From contig NW_017804120.1 of the NCBI RefSeq assembly GCF_001625305.1, forward strand, positions 291,553 through 355,552: a stretch of 64,000 bases of DNA. The letters run 5' to 3'. Shown piece by piece: positions 25,150-37,217 of the stretch. The notes under the pieces are model-generated. The model worked only from the letters and a program-made list of their open reading frames with translations, was not told the DNA's origin and ran no database searches. Origin of the DNA: Branchiostoma belcheri. Lineage: Eukaryota. Position 1 is the first letter of the stretch. Each line of letters opens with the position of its first letter. A program made the translations under genes and the position numbers.

Positions 25150-25400
25150 TCTATAGCCCTTGAGCCACACAGTTCTAGCTTTAGGATTGTGTGTTCAACT
25201 ACCATTTTGCTGTACAGGGCAGTGCCTCTCCATTTCCATAGCCCTCGGGCCACACAGTTGTAGCAGTGGGGGTGTGCGTTTAACTACCATTTTTTGTATA
25301 CATGTAGGGCAGTGCCTATCCATTGCTATAGCCCCTGGGCCACACATTTGTAGCAGTGTGTGTGTTCAACTACCTTATAGTACCATTTTTCACATACTTG
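25150..25400. repeat. Three tandem copies of about 85 bp. They lie next to a minus-strand tRNA-like fragment at 25435-25520.
   Basis: Repeated ctatagcccttgagccacacagttctagc...caactaccattttg. The adjacent reverse complement contains a B-box-like ggtttgaatcccggc. Confidence 0.55.
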
Positions 25401-25726
25401 TACTGTAAGTGCTGAATGCTAAGCAGAGAAATGTGTATCATGTACATGAATATGTATTCGGCCGGGATTCAAACCCACAACCTTCAGAATACAAAGCAAG
25501 CACTCTATCAAACTTGAGGCACAGGTATTATACCTTAATGGTCCATATGACAATGTTCTAAAAAAGCTCTAAGACTTATCTTTTCTACCCAGGGCGGTGC
25601 TGAACACAACATCCCAGTCCTGATATCAAGTATAGTCAAGGACCAAGCTGGTGAGGACATTATTCTGTACACTCTCAGTGTCACCACAGGGCTCGAAATA
25701 CTTTTTTTTCTGCATACCTTCACTGG

Positions 25727-26121
25727 TAGTGCTGCATACCTAAACCCAATTTTAGGTTCAGGTCCGGATTCAAGTCCAGAGGTTTAGGTTCAGTTCAGGA
25801 CTTGTAAGTCCGGACCTAAACCCATGGCATATACAATATTGCATGTTGGCAAACCTGCAATGTTGTCTGGGTGAAACTTGGCCACATAACATGGAGGCCG
25901 GTACTTGGCGATGCCTGATGGCAATGTTTTCTTCATTTTGCAGCAAAGATTTTGCAATGTACGGAAGGTTTTAGGTGGTTTGGAAAGAAAAGGGATATGT
26001 GAAATGGTCTTTTATGGTAATAAGTCCGGACTCGGTTCTTCACTTTTAGTTTTTTTTTTACTTGAACCTAAACATTCTTATAAGTCCAGATCCAAGTCCA
26101 GTGAACCGGTATGCAGCACTA
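25727..26121 (+). mobile_element. hAT-like MITE family B copy.
   Basis: Perfect 8-bp target-site duplication TTCACTGG. Confidence 0.8.
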
Positions 26122-26329
26122 TTCACTGGTGCAGGTAATATTGGGAAATACCGCTTTGCTTTGAATGTAGGTTTTTTAAAAAAGCAAGTATGCATGAAAC
26201 TGCATAGAAAGAATTTTATTTATTATTTCACTCATTCTGGTAATAATAAAATGTCATTGAGTGAAGTAGATATAACTTGAATCATCAGTGCAACAAAAAT
26301 TTACAAGTATGGATCGGATTCAATGTACA

Positions 26330-26860
26330 TGTAGGTTAGGTGCAGGTTAGACATCAGAAATACCTGCACAGCTCCAATTTTACCTGCATATACCCAGTAC
26401 ATGGCCCAGTGCAGGTTAGGTGCAGGTAGACATCAGAAATACCTGCACAGCTCCAATTTTACCTGCACTAACCTGCATATACCCAGTACATGGACCAGTG
26501 CAGATTAGGTGCAGGTAGACACATCAGAAATACCTGCACAGCTCCAATTTTACCTGCACTAACCTGCATATATACCCAGTACATGGACCAGTGCAGGTTA
26601 GGTGCAGGTAGACATCAGAAATACCTGCACAGCTCCAATTTTACCTGCACTAACCTGCATATACCCAGTACATGGACCAGTGCACATTAGGTGCACGGTA
26701 GACATCAGAATACCTGCACAGATCCAATTTTACCTGCACCTACCTGCATATACCCAGTACATGGACCAGTGCAGGTTAGGTGCAGGTAGACATCAGAAAT
26801 ACCTGCACAGATCCAATTTTACCTGCACCTTACCTGCATATACAGGTGGTATTTCCAGCC
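26330..26860. repeat. Tandem array, about 6 units of roughly 88 bp.
   Basis: Unit gttaggtgcaggtagacatcagaaatacctgcacagctccaattttacctgcactaacctgcatatacccagtacatggaccagtgcag. Overlapping ORFs are artefacts. Confidence 0.8.
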
Positions 26861-27156
26861 CTGCACCATATAAAAGCAACACGCAATAAATTGCCAGGCT
26901 GTATTTCCGTAGGCGATAGCTGCATGAACATTAATTTTCCCTTGCATGAAAAGACCATAACCACATCAGATGCCATTTTCAATAACAAATAACACTTTGT
27001 ATGAATACCTGCAAATGACTAGCCTGGTTACCAAAGCTATTTTAGCTGACTTTCTTCCTCTTTGCAAATAGCTATTTGTGGAGTTTCTTTGACATTCGTC
27101 CTCTATTTGATTGAAAATATTCTGCACCTTAAAATAGTTTTGGTAACCAGGCATAA

Positions 27157-27528
27157 GGCCACAGCAATTTAATTTCTTGGTTAACGGATTTGCCCGCTTC
27201 ATTTTTGTCTGATTTGCAAAAAAAAAAAAAAATTCAGAATCAACTGCATAATGCTCATATTTTGCCCTGAACAGTTGAAAACAGTCCTTTTCTTCCTAGT
27301 TGTTACAGTTATTCCATCTTTCAATGCAGTGGTATCATTAAAAGTTCAAAATTCATTGTTTAAATTTTGAACCAGCCCGGTGTGTTGACTTCATGGCTCC
27401 TATCATACCATTTTGGGCCATAATAGGATTCCTAGGCCTGTTTTGTTCGGCCACCCGCTGCACTATTTTCTATTTGTCTAGAAAAATCTGTTAACCAAGA
27501 AATTAAATTGGTGTGGCCTAAGGCTAGC
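27157..27528 (+). mobile_element. MITE family A, copy 3.
   Basis: Same TIRs and TAA flanks. Lies about 200 bp upstream of PDZ exon 27730. Confidence 0.8.
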
Positions 27529-27729
27529 AAATGACATGTTTTGATACAGTTACTATCATAAGTTTATGATACATTCTAATGTGCATATATCATAGTAGTT
27601 AATAGCAGACACACTTATAAATTCTATACCAGCATGTGCTAATGATTTTTAAAAAGTGCAATTTAATATAGACTCTAGAAAATTATTTGAAGAGAATGAC
27701 AATTTTTCCCCCCTGTTTTTCTAATGTAG

Positions 27730-27773
27730 CTGACCAGACTGGCCAACTTTTCGTTGGTGACGCAATAATCAAG
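27730..27773 (+). CDS. Coding exon for the PDZ middle segment ((A)DQTGQLFVGDAIIK).
   Basis: Acceptor ctaatgtag|c and donor atcaag|gtatgc; 44 nt. Enters with a 1-nt carry and leaves in phase 0. GDxIxxVNG is the PDZ consensus when joined to the next exon. Confidence 0.6.
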
Positions 27774-27995
27774 GTATGCTTGTTACTCATGATGTTTTGC
27801 CCCTGGGTGCTTTATTATTAAATCCTAATCAAACTTAAATCTCTAATTAGAGCAAGTTATCACAAAAGTTTCCAATTAAAAAATGATAATACTGCAGGCA
27901 ATGCATCCTCATGTCTTTTTTATTAGCTACAGTAAAGTGAAATCCCCCCCCCCCAAATCCTTTATGGTTTGTCCCTATGTTCCTGGAATTGGTAA

Positions 27996-28407
27996 GGCCA
28001 CACCAAGTAATTTTTATAGATGATGTCCACGCGCGCATTGATTTTGGCCTGCATGTTTCCAGAAAAAAAGAAGATGAAATTCTGCTCCCTGTAACTATGA
28101 CCAAATAGTCACGACAGTGTCATCGGTAATGAGAAATATGAGCACAAGAAACAGGACAGGACGACAACTGCTGTTCCACTGATTTATTGCTGTTTTCATG
28201 ATTAATAAAAGACTTGTTGATTGTTACTCTGTGCTCTCTCATTCAATTTGTGTCCTAACATTTGTCGTCACTTAGAATTTAAAAATATTTCAAATCTAGA
28301 CATCTTGTTTTGGTTGGCCCTTCTCTGTTTTTTGTTTTTTTTCGCACTCTCGCATTAGATTTAGGGTCTCCATAGAATGTCATACATAAATATTACTTGG
28401 TGTTGCC
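27996..28407 (+). mobile_element. MITE family C copy.
   Basis: TIRs and internal homology to 3901-4381. Confidence 0.75.
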
Positions 28408-28674
28408 TTAAAATCCTACCAGTGTCAGGATAAGCGTCATAAATTTTGAAGATGGAGATTTGTAGGAATACAGCCTAGGATAGACGGTAATCTCTGTTAT
28501 TTCCCTAGCGCGTTGTGATTCCTGAATATATGCGTCGACTCCATCCCGGAAAGCACATCAAAAACTGATCCAGGTGCACTTTACTGAGACACGGTGCTTC
28601 GTCAATTCAGCTGCTGTATTCCTTATGAGTGATAGGGCGCCTGTGTGCATCTTTAACGCTGTTATGTTGAATTT

Positions 28675-29317
28675 CTTAAGGTGTCCTCCCTGGCTAATTT
28701 GGCATTTTAGGTTTCCATCGTTTTCTCACACAGAAATTTAGAAAGAACTGTAGTTGTACTGAATATTGATACCTGGGTACAAAAGGGTTATGAATATGAT
28801 TTTATGGACCATATGGATGACGTCATCACATTTTATTGCCCTAAATGTAATTATCTTTAAAGTTATAATATAGCACTAAGTAACTAAAATAAAAGTATGA
28901 TTTTTATGTGCATAATGGTCAAAGCTACACGTACAAACGTACGTTTGCACAAATTGATATCTACTAATAATCCGTAGTTATTAGAGAATAACCTAATTAC
29001 CTAATTAAAATTTAGTTATTCTCTAATAACTATGGGTAATTAGTAGATATCAATTTGTGCAAACGTACGTTTGTAGCTTTGACCATAATGCACATGAAAA
29101 TCATACTTTTATTTCAGTTACTTGTACCAAAGTGCTATATTATAAATTTAAAGATAATTACATTTGGGGCAATAAAATGTGATGACGTCATCCATATGGT
29201 CCAAAAAATCATATTCATAACCCTTTTGTACCCAGGTATCAATATTCAGTACAACTACAGTTCTTTCTAAACGATGGAAACCTAAAATGCCAAATTAGCC
29301 AGGGAGGACACCTTAAG
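28675..29317. mobile_element. Foldback element, about 640 bp. It is a near-perfect hairpin with roughly 310-bp arms and a centre at about 28995. It contains ATGGATGACGTCATC, which includes a TGACGTCA palindrome.
   Basis: The left arm is the reverse complement of the right arm almost base for base (cttaaggtgtcctccctggc ... gccagggaggacaccttaag). Confidence 0.75.
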
Positions 29318-29412
29318 ATTGTAGAGCGTCAGAGATGTCAGGATGAGAAGACTGATAGGTGATATGTATGTAAATGTGATTAAAGTTTAGTTGGCTTTAT
29401 CTCTTTCTTTAG

Positions 29413-29454
29413 GTTAATGGTGTCAACGTAGAGCATTCGACGCATGATGATGTG
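29413..29454 (+). CDS. Coding exon for the PDZ segment VNGVNVEHSTHDDV.
   Basis: Acceptor ctttctttag|g and donor gatgtg|gtgagt; 42 nt, phase 0 to 0. Classic PDZ VNG..v...H..aV motif. Confidence 0.65.
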
Positions 29455-29917
29455 GTGAGTTTGGTTCACTTTGGTTTCACTTATTCTCAATACAGTTTGT
29501 ATGTGTAATATTACAACGATACAAAAAGTCAATTTTCTGGTTATTTCTTTACAAATAAACTCTCCATTGCGAATAAGTGTCATTCAGGAAGTGGAGGTGT
29601 TAAAATATGACACCTCATAACATAAGTGTGTTTAAAAGCTGGAAACACAGCTGTCAGCCAAGTTTGTTTACATTCTAGTATTTTGTGGTGGTATCACAAA
29701 CTAAGTGCACACTAAGGAACTAAGCAACTAAGGAAAAAGGTTGATTTTTCAAAGGATCCAAAAGTCAGATACATGTGCAATTTGTAATTTGATAAAGCAA
29801 TCAGTGGTCGTCTGACCTCACATAAAAATCTGTTGTTGATGATTTTTTTATTCATTTATTAATAATGACAATTTTCATGATTTAGCCAAAGTTTGATTTT
29901 TTTTGGTTAAAACTCAG

Positions 29918-30002
29918 GTACAACATCTGAAGAACTCCCCTGATGATGTAAAGTTAACTGTTAGATACTACAGAGCAGCAACCCCCTACCTAAGAGCTCC
30001 AG
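29918..30002 (+). CDS. Coding exon for the PDZ C-terminal segment VQHLKNSPDDVKLTVRYYRAATPYLRAP(G).
   Basis: Acceptor aaactcag|g and a strong donor ccag|gtaagt; 85 nt, leaves with a 1-nt carry. The VKLTV beta-strand ends the PDZ fold. Confidence 0.65.
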
Positions 30003-30032
30003 GTAAGTCAAGTCTTTCTGTTGAGGTGCTAA

Positions 30033-30406
30033 GGCCACACCAATTTAATTTCTTGGTTAACGGATTCGCCCTCTTAATTTTTTTCTCATTTGCAAATAAA
30101 AATAAAAATTCAGACTGAATCAACTGCAAAATGCTCATATTTTGCCCTGAACAGTTGAAAACAGTCCTTTTCATCCTAGTTGTTACAGTTATTGCATCTT
30201 TCAATGCAATGGTATCATTTAAAGTTCAAAATTCATTGTTTAAATTTTGACCCAGCCTGGTGTGTTGACTTCATGGCTCCTATTGTACCATTTTGGGCCA
30301 TAATAGAATGCCTAGGCCTGTTTTTATTTATTTATTCTTTTTGCCCACCCGCTCCATTACTTTTCTAGAAAAATCCGTTAACCAAGAAATTAAATTGGTG
30401 TGGTCT
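30033..30406 (+). mobile_element. MITE family A, copy 4. Inserted 31 bp downstream of the 5' splice site of PDZ exon 29918-30002.
   Basis: Same TIRs and TAA flanks. The ORF-track ORF 29903..30118 runs from the exon into the MITE. Confidence 0.8.
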
Positions 30407-30771
30407 AAATAACATTGCAAGAAATTTGCAAGGAAAACCAATCAATACCAGACTAAGTATGCTTATATATCCATCTGCTACTTCCATATTATAATCAGTT
30501 TTTCAACATTGATATTGAAAATATAATTGTCCTCATGCAAGTTTTGCTCTGTTAAACTGTATTGGTTGGATTACTAGAGACAGGCAAAGTCTGATAAAAA
30601 AAGAAAAAAGATAATCCTACCTCCCAACCCTAATTTTTTTCAGAACTGAAACAGGAAATATAACATTTTTTGCCTAGGCCTTTCCTTAAATGTGGTGAAA
30701 TTAATGACTAAAAAGTCATTAACAGTTTGGAGCGCTAGACTAACTGCAGGACTTGTTTCCCGTCGCTGCAG

Positions 30772-30857
30772 CCAAGTGGTCGCGGTACTCGTCTGAACAG
30801 TGTAACGGGAACGCTTCTCCTGCCGATAACGAAACAACCAGCAGCTCGGAATGGAAG
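30772..30857 (+). CDS. Candidate coding exon, 86 nt, encoding (A)KWSRYSSEQCNGNASPADNETTSSSEWK.
   Basis: Acceptor cgctgcag|cc and donor ggaag|gtgtgc. It restores phase from the previous exon (1-nt carry) to phase 0, is open only in this frame, and is locally GC-rich. Weak, because I cannot rule out other exons in the roughly 10-kb gap that follows. Confidence 0.3.
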
Positions 30858-32188
30858 GTGTGCATCATCACTAGTTAACTAACCAGTCTGTTAACTCATT
30901 AACTTATAGATGATACATTTAACTTGATGTTTACAAGCCATTATAAAAATTTGCCTTTTTTGTGTGTGTTTTTTGCAATCCTTGTTAAACTTAGTTTTTA
31001 ATTATACCATATATTTTGGTGTTGTTAGCGAGCTATACATGTACATGCAGTAATTTTATGATGGATCACAATAATCATAATTATGTTTACCAAAGGAAAA
31101 CATAATATTGTTTTTGCTACGTTTCCTCTTCTTCCATTTCAAACACTGACCTCTGACCTAGCCAATGACCTGATTTGTTGACGTCTCTCAGCATGGTAAC
31201 TGCGGTGTTGGGTTAAATAATGTTGCAATTTTATAGCAGGAGGGATTTAGACTCCTGTTGGACCATACATTATATGAATGTGTTTGAATAAGAATTAACA
31301 GAGCAGACCATATGCAAAGGTTAACATTATGCAGTAGCTTTGCAAATGTTACATTTCTAGTTTTCGTTGCTTTTTCAAGGTGCATTTTTGATTTTTGATC
31401 ACTCCAGAGTGAGCCTTTATGTCCCATTCCCCCATTCCCCAATGTACGTTAAAGCTCAGTTGGTTCTTTGCCAGAAAGTCCATTTTCTTCATTAATCCCT
31501 CTCTGAGAATTTGTAGCCAAACTGCTACTTCACTGGGAAACATTAGATATATAACCAGTCCAAAATTAGTCTGGCATCTTGGGTAACGATGCATCACGGC
31601 TTACAGTCACTTTTGGTTTGTGTCTCGTTTCATTAAGTGCTCTGAATCAGGTAGTAAGGCGGAAAGTTTCATCGTCCTTCAACTTGACACCTTGCTCTTT
31701 GCGTAGTGAAAGCAACGATGAAGCCAAAAAAAATGTTGTCTCCGGTTACCCGGTCGACCCTAGCAAAGACCCAAGCCTTTTTTTATCACCCACTGGTATA
31801 AAGCTATAAAATTTTTCATCTGACATTTCAAATCATCTAACACATTTTTAGAAGAAAGTTTCTTCATTCAATAACTTCAGCCGTAGGTGAGATATTTGTC
31901 CACAAGCAAAAAGGTGGACAGGTGCTTGAGACAGTCCCAATGCAGCAAAATTAAACTTTATTTTCTTGATCATTCAGGCCAAAATCTATTTAAAAAATTG
32001 TAAATTTAAAAAAAAAAAACAAGAATAAGAAAATCCCACCCTACCAACCCTGATTTTTTTCAGGACTGAAACTGGAAACACAACATTGCTTTTCCTGGGC
32101 CTAGAATAAGCTGATTCACTGTTGAAACTGTGCATGTGCAATGTGATATGTATTGTTGATAAAATGTCAAAGCTAAAAGCCCTGAGAC

Positions 32189-32573
32189 TAGTGATGCATA
32201 CCTAAACCCAATTTTAGTTTCAGGTCCGGATTCAAGTCCAGAGGTTTAGGTTCAGTTCCGGACTTGTAAGTCCGGGCCTAAACCCATGGCATATACAAAA
32301 TTGCATATTGGCAACCTTGCAATGTTGTCTGGGTGAAACTTTGGCCACATAACATGGAGGCCGGTACTTGGCAATGTTTTCTTCATTTTGCAGCAAAGAT
32401 TTTGCAATCTACAGAAGGTTTTAGGTGGTTTGGAAAGAAAAGGGGTATGTGTAATGGTCTTTTTATGGTAATAAGTCCGGACTCGGTTCTTGACTTTTAG
32501 GTTTTTTTTGGACTTGAACCTAAACATTCTTACAAGTCCGGATCCAAGTCCAGTGAACCGGTATGCAGCACTA
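32189..32573 (+). mobile_element. hAT-like MITE family B copy.
   Basis: Perfect 8-bp target-site duplication CCTGAGAC. Confidence 0.8.
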
Positions 32574-34179
32574 CCTGAGACATAAACAAAACACATCTAG
32601 ACAGCATGTTCTACATAAGAACTGTTCAGGGGCCTTCTCATTTGACCTTGTACATGTCCAGTTTTAACTGTGAACTGGGTTATTGTATGGTAGACAAATC
32701 CAGTCCAACACCAACTCTGTCAGATCTCTCTATATAATATATATACCACATAATTTTGGGAACCTTGCTAAGCTGTGTATTAAGTAGTGTGAATAGAGTC
32801 TGCTAAGGTGAGATTTGGCATTAAGCTGAGACATATTGACCTCTATTATAGAGCTTATGCCTCCAACTCCATAATATCAGACTCTGCAGCATTACAAGGA
32901 AAAGTATGGGTCTATGAAGTACTGTAACTCCGTATTTTTTTACGGTACCTTTATGTTCACACTTTATGTTGACTTCTGTACCATAACCTTATCATTTATT
33001 GTTAATAAATTTTTGTCTTTAGCCCTCCTCCTCCTTTGCCACAACTGGTAAGATTGAGTTCCATATGTGAACATATCCATTTTTTTAGTCAGACCGTGAA
33101 ATTTTGCTACCGTGAAGACAAAGTGAAGTACAGTACCAAGCAGATCAATATCGTGTAATACGGCTTTACCTCTGCACGTATTACAGCCTGCTCTACACAC
33201 AATCACTGGTTTGTGGCCTGGATTACGCTTATATAAGATAGATGCAGCATAACTTTGATGGACAAGAGACATCTCCATCAGGAAAATTTTTATGTAGGGC
33301 CGAGGAAAATTAATGTTGTGTTTTCTATTGTCCTGAAAAATTAGGGTTGGTAAGCATGGTTCCACTTGTTTTATGTTTACTGAAGGAAAACATTGTTGTT
33401 TTTACTCAGTTTCTTCCTCCTCTTCTGCTCCAAACACTAACCTCTGACCTGACCAATGACATGATTTGTTGACGTCTGTCACCATGGTGACTGGTGTTGG
33501 GTTACATAATGTTGCAATTTCATGGTCTGCTCTGCTCCTGTCACCATATACTAGTACTACATGTACATGTATTTGAGAAAGTGTATGTGAATGTGTTTGA
33601 GAAAGAATTAACAGAGCAGACCATGTCCGAAGGTAAACATTATACATTTGCTTTGCAAATGTTACTTCTCTAGTTGTGTTTTCTATTGTCCTGAAAAATT
33701 AGGGTTGGTAGGCATGGTTCTACTTGTTTTATGTTTACTGAAGGAAAGTATTATTGTTTTTGATACGTTTCTTCTTCAGTTCCAAACACCTCTACATCTG
33801 ACCTGGCCCATGACCTGATTTGTTGACATCTCTCACCATGGTAACTGGTGTTAGGTTACATCATGTTGCAATTTTATAGTAGGAGGGATTTATACTCTTT
33901 ATATATGAATGTATCTGACTCAGAGTAAGAATTAACTGAGAGCAGACCATATGCGAACTTTATGCATTTGCTTTGCAAATGTTACCTTTCTAGTTGATTA
34001 GTTTTCTTTATACTATAGCCAAAGCAAGCAAACAAATACAGTTAAATTAAATGTAGCACTGAAATGCATCAGTATTTGGACTTGAACTGGAACGTTAGGT
34101 GACCGTGAGTACCACAAACAAATTGTGATTTACAGTGAAAAAAAATCATGATTTTTCCATCATGTCTTGAAGCAAATGT

Positions 34180-34625
34180 GTTCATGTAACACTCGGGTCA
34201 AGCGAAGAGATTCAGCATTTGATGCAGTCAGAAGTCTTTGTGGATGGGCAGCCAGTGGGATCTGTGAAGGGTAGTGAGGCATTAATAGAGCAGCATGGTC
34301 CAGAATGTAGTCAGAGATTGAGCCATGTACTAAAAACAGTGTGCCACTAGGTTCTCTTCCAGTTATCATTAATACACCGTCAACATACCTGTCTCCAAGT
34401 CATATTACAACAACAGCTTCTTTCCCCGGACTGCAAAATTATGGAACTCTCTTCCAAACAGCTACTTTCCGTCCGATTACAATCCACAAAGCTTCAAAAC
34501 AAAGGTCCGCCGCCATCTCCTGACATAACTACATTATACTCACTCAAGTACCTCTAGCTCTATGCCTAGAAGTGGCCAAAAATAATTGGCCTTGCATTGA
34601 GCGACACTGTTAGAAAAAAAAAAGA
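34180..34625 (+). mobile_element. Retroposon 3'-end fragment (CR1/L2-like LINE or derived SINE) ending in an A-rich tail.
   Basis: One frame encodes ...RTAKLWNSLPNSYFPSDYNPQSFKTKVRRHLLT*. The LWNSLP ... FK.K.K.HLF peptide is, from memory, characteristic of L2/CR1-clade retrotransposon C-termini. Poly-A at about 34610-34625. Confidence 0.4.
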
Positions 34626-35212
34626 AAGAAATTCTACAGGTCTGGACCTGAAACTGTACCTGAACAATTCAACAAATTCAGGATTGTGTTTCTGAACTTT
34701 TTCAATTATTACATGTAAAAACATTCAATTTGATAGACTTTTGTAATTTTTGTTTATGGTGAATTCTCATACAAAAAACATGGGCAAAACTAAAAATGTT
34801 TTAGTTTTCGTTCCCTACATTACTGGCCTCATGTAACACAATTCTGACCAAAGTGACATCTAGAGGGAGCGTAACTAATGTGCAACAGATCTTTCAGGGT
34901 AGTTAACACTGTCAATCTATAACACAAACACACAGTCCTGTCTCTGGGACCCATGGGGGACCAGCTATTTAAGGTCACAAATAAGCATATAATTAATGTA
35001 ACTTCATACACTCAGGTACAATACAGGTACTTAGGGATTAGGTATTTTGGACCTGTACCAAACCAATTTTTGTGATACAGTACCAGTACACAGTACCGCT
35101 ACACAGATCTAGTTATAGACCTTTCACTATCATGGTGATAGCCTGACTGCTGTGTTCACATGATTATCAATTCTGAAAAGTTATAATGCAAGAAAAGGCT
35201 AGAGCTAAAATG

Positions 35213-35549
35213 GCTTGGTAGGTGGGTAGGTCTTGATGAGACCTAGAAATGATTAGATTTTGGGCCCCCTGGTGGCTTGTTGTGGTACTGCAGTGGAATT
35301 TCCGGTTTTGATATCTCAAGGTCTGGACGTGCTAGGGTCACGAAATTTGGATGGTAGGTAGCTCTTGTGCTGGGGAAGAAGTTACGTAGGTTTGGGCCCC
35401 ATAGCAGCTTGCTCTGGAACTGCAGGGGCGTTTCTTTAAAACTATTCGTGATTTTTGGTCTGTAGGTAGCTTAAGTGACGCTTGACATTATTATGCGACA
35501 ATAATTTACAAACATCATTTGGCGAAGGTATGAGATCGTGGAACTCTAG
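35213..35549 (+). mobile_element. Internally deleted family F copy, about 340 bp.
   Basis: Retains both F ends (ggtaggtgggtaggtcttgatgagac ... catcatttggcgaaggtatgagatcgtggaactctag). Confidence 0.55.
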
Positions 35550-35694
35550 TTTTCTCTGAAACACTCACTCAGCTGCTGATGTTATCATCATAAATAGACT
35601 CACACCAAGCTGAAGTAATGCAGGATGATGACTCCCCACACTGATTACATTAGCAGAAGCAAGGTGCCATTTCTAATGACTGAACAGGGCCAAC

Positions 35695-36260
35695 AGACCA
35701 GAAAGAATGAGCTTATTTGGTTGTCATCACATCTATACTCAAAGATATACTTTCTGATTTTCTTTAACTTTATTACAGTAATTGTTAAAAAAAATCTCTT
35801 GAATTGTAGTGAAGAATAATATGTAATTATTGTATTTAAGAAATGAGCTTATTTGGTTGTCATCACATCTAGCTCTACCCAAAGATATACTTTCTTATTT
35901 TCTTTAACTTTATTACAGTAATTGTTTTAAAAAATCTCTTAAATTGTAGTGAAGAATAATAGATAATTATTGTATTTAAGAAATGAGCTTAGTTGGTTGT
36001 CATCACATGTCTACTTGAAGATATGGATCAGATTTATATTTGCTTTTAATTTTTAATTTTAAAAAAATTAATGAATCTGATCTTCTTTGACTGTATAAAA
36101 ACAAGTCTTACATTATACTTTCAGTTTAATGAATTATTTTTTTATAACTAAAAAAGAGCTTATTTGTTTTTCATCGCATGTCTACCTGAAAGATATGAAT
36201 CAGATTTATATTTATTTTCTGGGTTTCTTTATCTTTATTACTGTTTTAGATAAAATATAT
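35695..36260. repeat. Tandem array, about 4 units of roughly 125 bp.
   Basis: Repeated gagcttatttggttgtcatcacatct...aagatatactttct.attttctttaactttattacagtaattgtt. Confidence 0.7.
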
Positions 36261-36855
36261 AAAAACAAGTCTTGAATTGTGAATAACTACAAAATTAATG
36301 ATAGAAAAAGGCTGGAAGATAATATTTATTTATTGTGTCTCAGAGATGAAAGAAAGGACAAAAAAATGTGGGAAACTTATAATTTGGAATCTTTTTTTTA
36401 GATCTTTAAGATGTGAAAAACATCTGTAATGTTAAAAACATCTGTCATATAATGATGTAGATACATACGTTTACATTAAGCTGCCTGACAGGGACCCATT
36501 GTTTATTCAGAAGGTGTTTCTGAACCACCTGCCCTTGCACTTGAAATGCCAAAATCACTCCATGAAATTAGTCCTCAGTTCCATGCATGGTAATGAGGCT
36601 GATGGGTTGTTCCAGACACTAAGTTGGGGAGGGGCAAAACACACTTTGGAAATGCAGACTCTGAGATACAAACTATATCAAACAGTCAACTTACTTCACA
36701 ATCCATTACCTTCACTCAAATACAACACATATGTGTATTAGATGTAAATATAGGATGACATTGTACTGTAAACGACAATTTTTTGTGGTACTTTAACTTT
36801 TTTAAAACTTTTTTATATTCATAGTTTTCACAGTCACTTCTGCACTGCAAACTTA

Positions 36856-37217
36856 GGCCACACCAATTTAATTTGTTGGTTCTCGGATTCGCCTCTTTGT
36901 TTTTTTCTGATTTGCAAAAAAAAAAAATTGATTCTGGTCCTGAATCAACTGAAAAATGCTCATGTTTTGCCCCCCAACAATTGAGGAAAGTCCTTTTCTT
37001 CCTAGTTGTTACAGTTTTCCCATCTATCATTGCAGTGGTTTGATTAAAAGTTCAAAATTCAATGTTTAAATTTTAACCCAGCCTTTTGTGTTGACTTCAT
37101 GGCTCATTTTGTAGCAATAGGATGCCTAGACCTGTTTTTATTTTTATTTTTTTTGCCCTGTCGCTTCATATTTTTTCTGAAAAAATCCGAGAACCAACAA
37201 ATTAAATTGGTGTGGCC
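36856..37217 (+). mobile_element. MITE subfamily A', with TIR GGCCACACCAATTTAATTTGTTGGTTCTCGGATTCGCC.
   Basis: TIRs plus an internal sequence homologous to family A. TTA flanks. Confidence 0.75.

Noticed and set aside
26490-26889. Overlapping ORFs (MDQCRLGAGRH… / MQVDIRNTCTAPILPAL…).
   Set aside because: They are translations of the 88-bp tandem array.
32964-33365. 133-aa minus-strand ORF (MEPCLPTLIFQDNRKHNINFPRPY…CRAGCNTCRGKAVLHDIDLLG…).
   Set aside because: The N-terminal part is the family I repeat; the same NRKHNIFFPRPY peptide appears in ORF 21003..21191. No splice-site support. It is probably TE-internal sequence.
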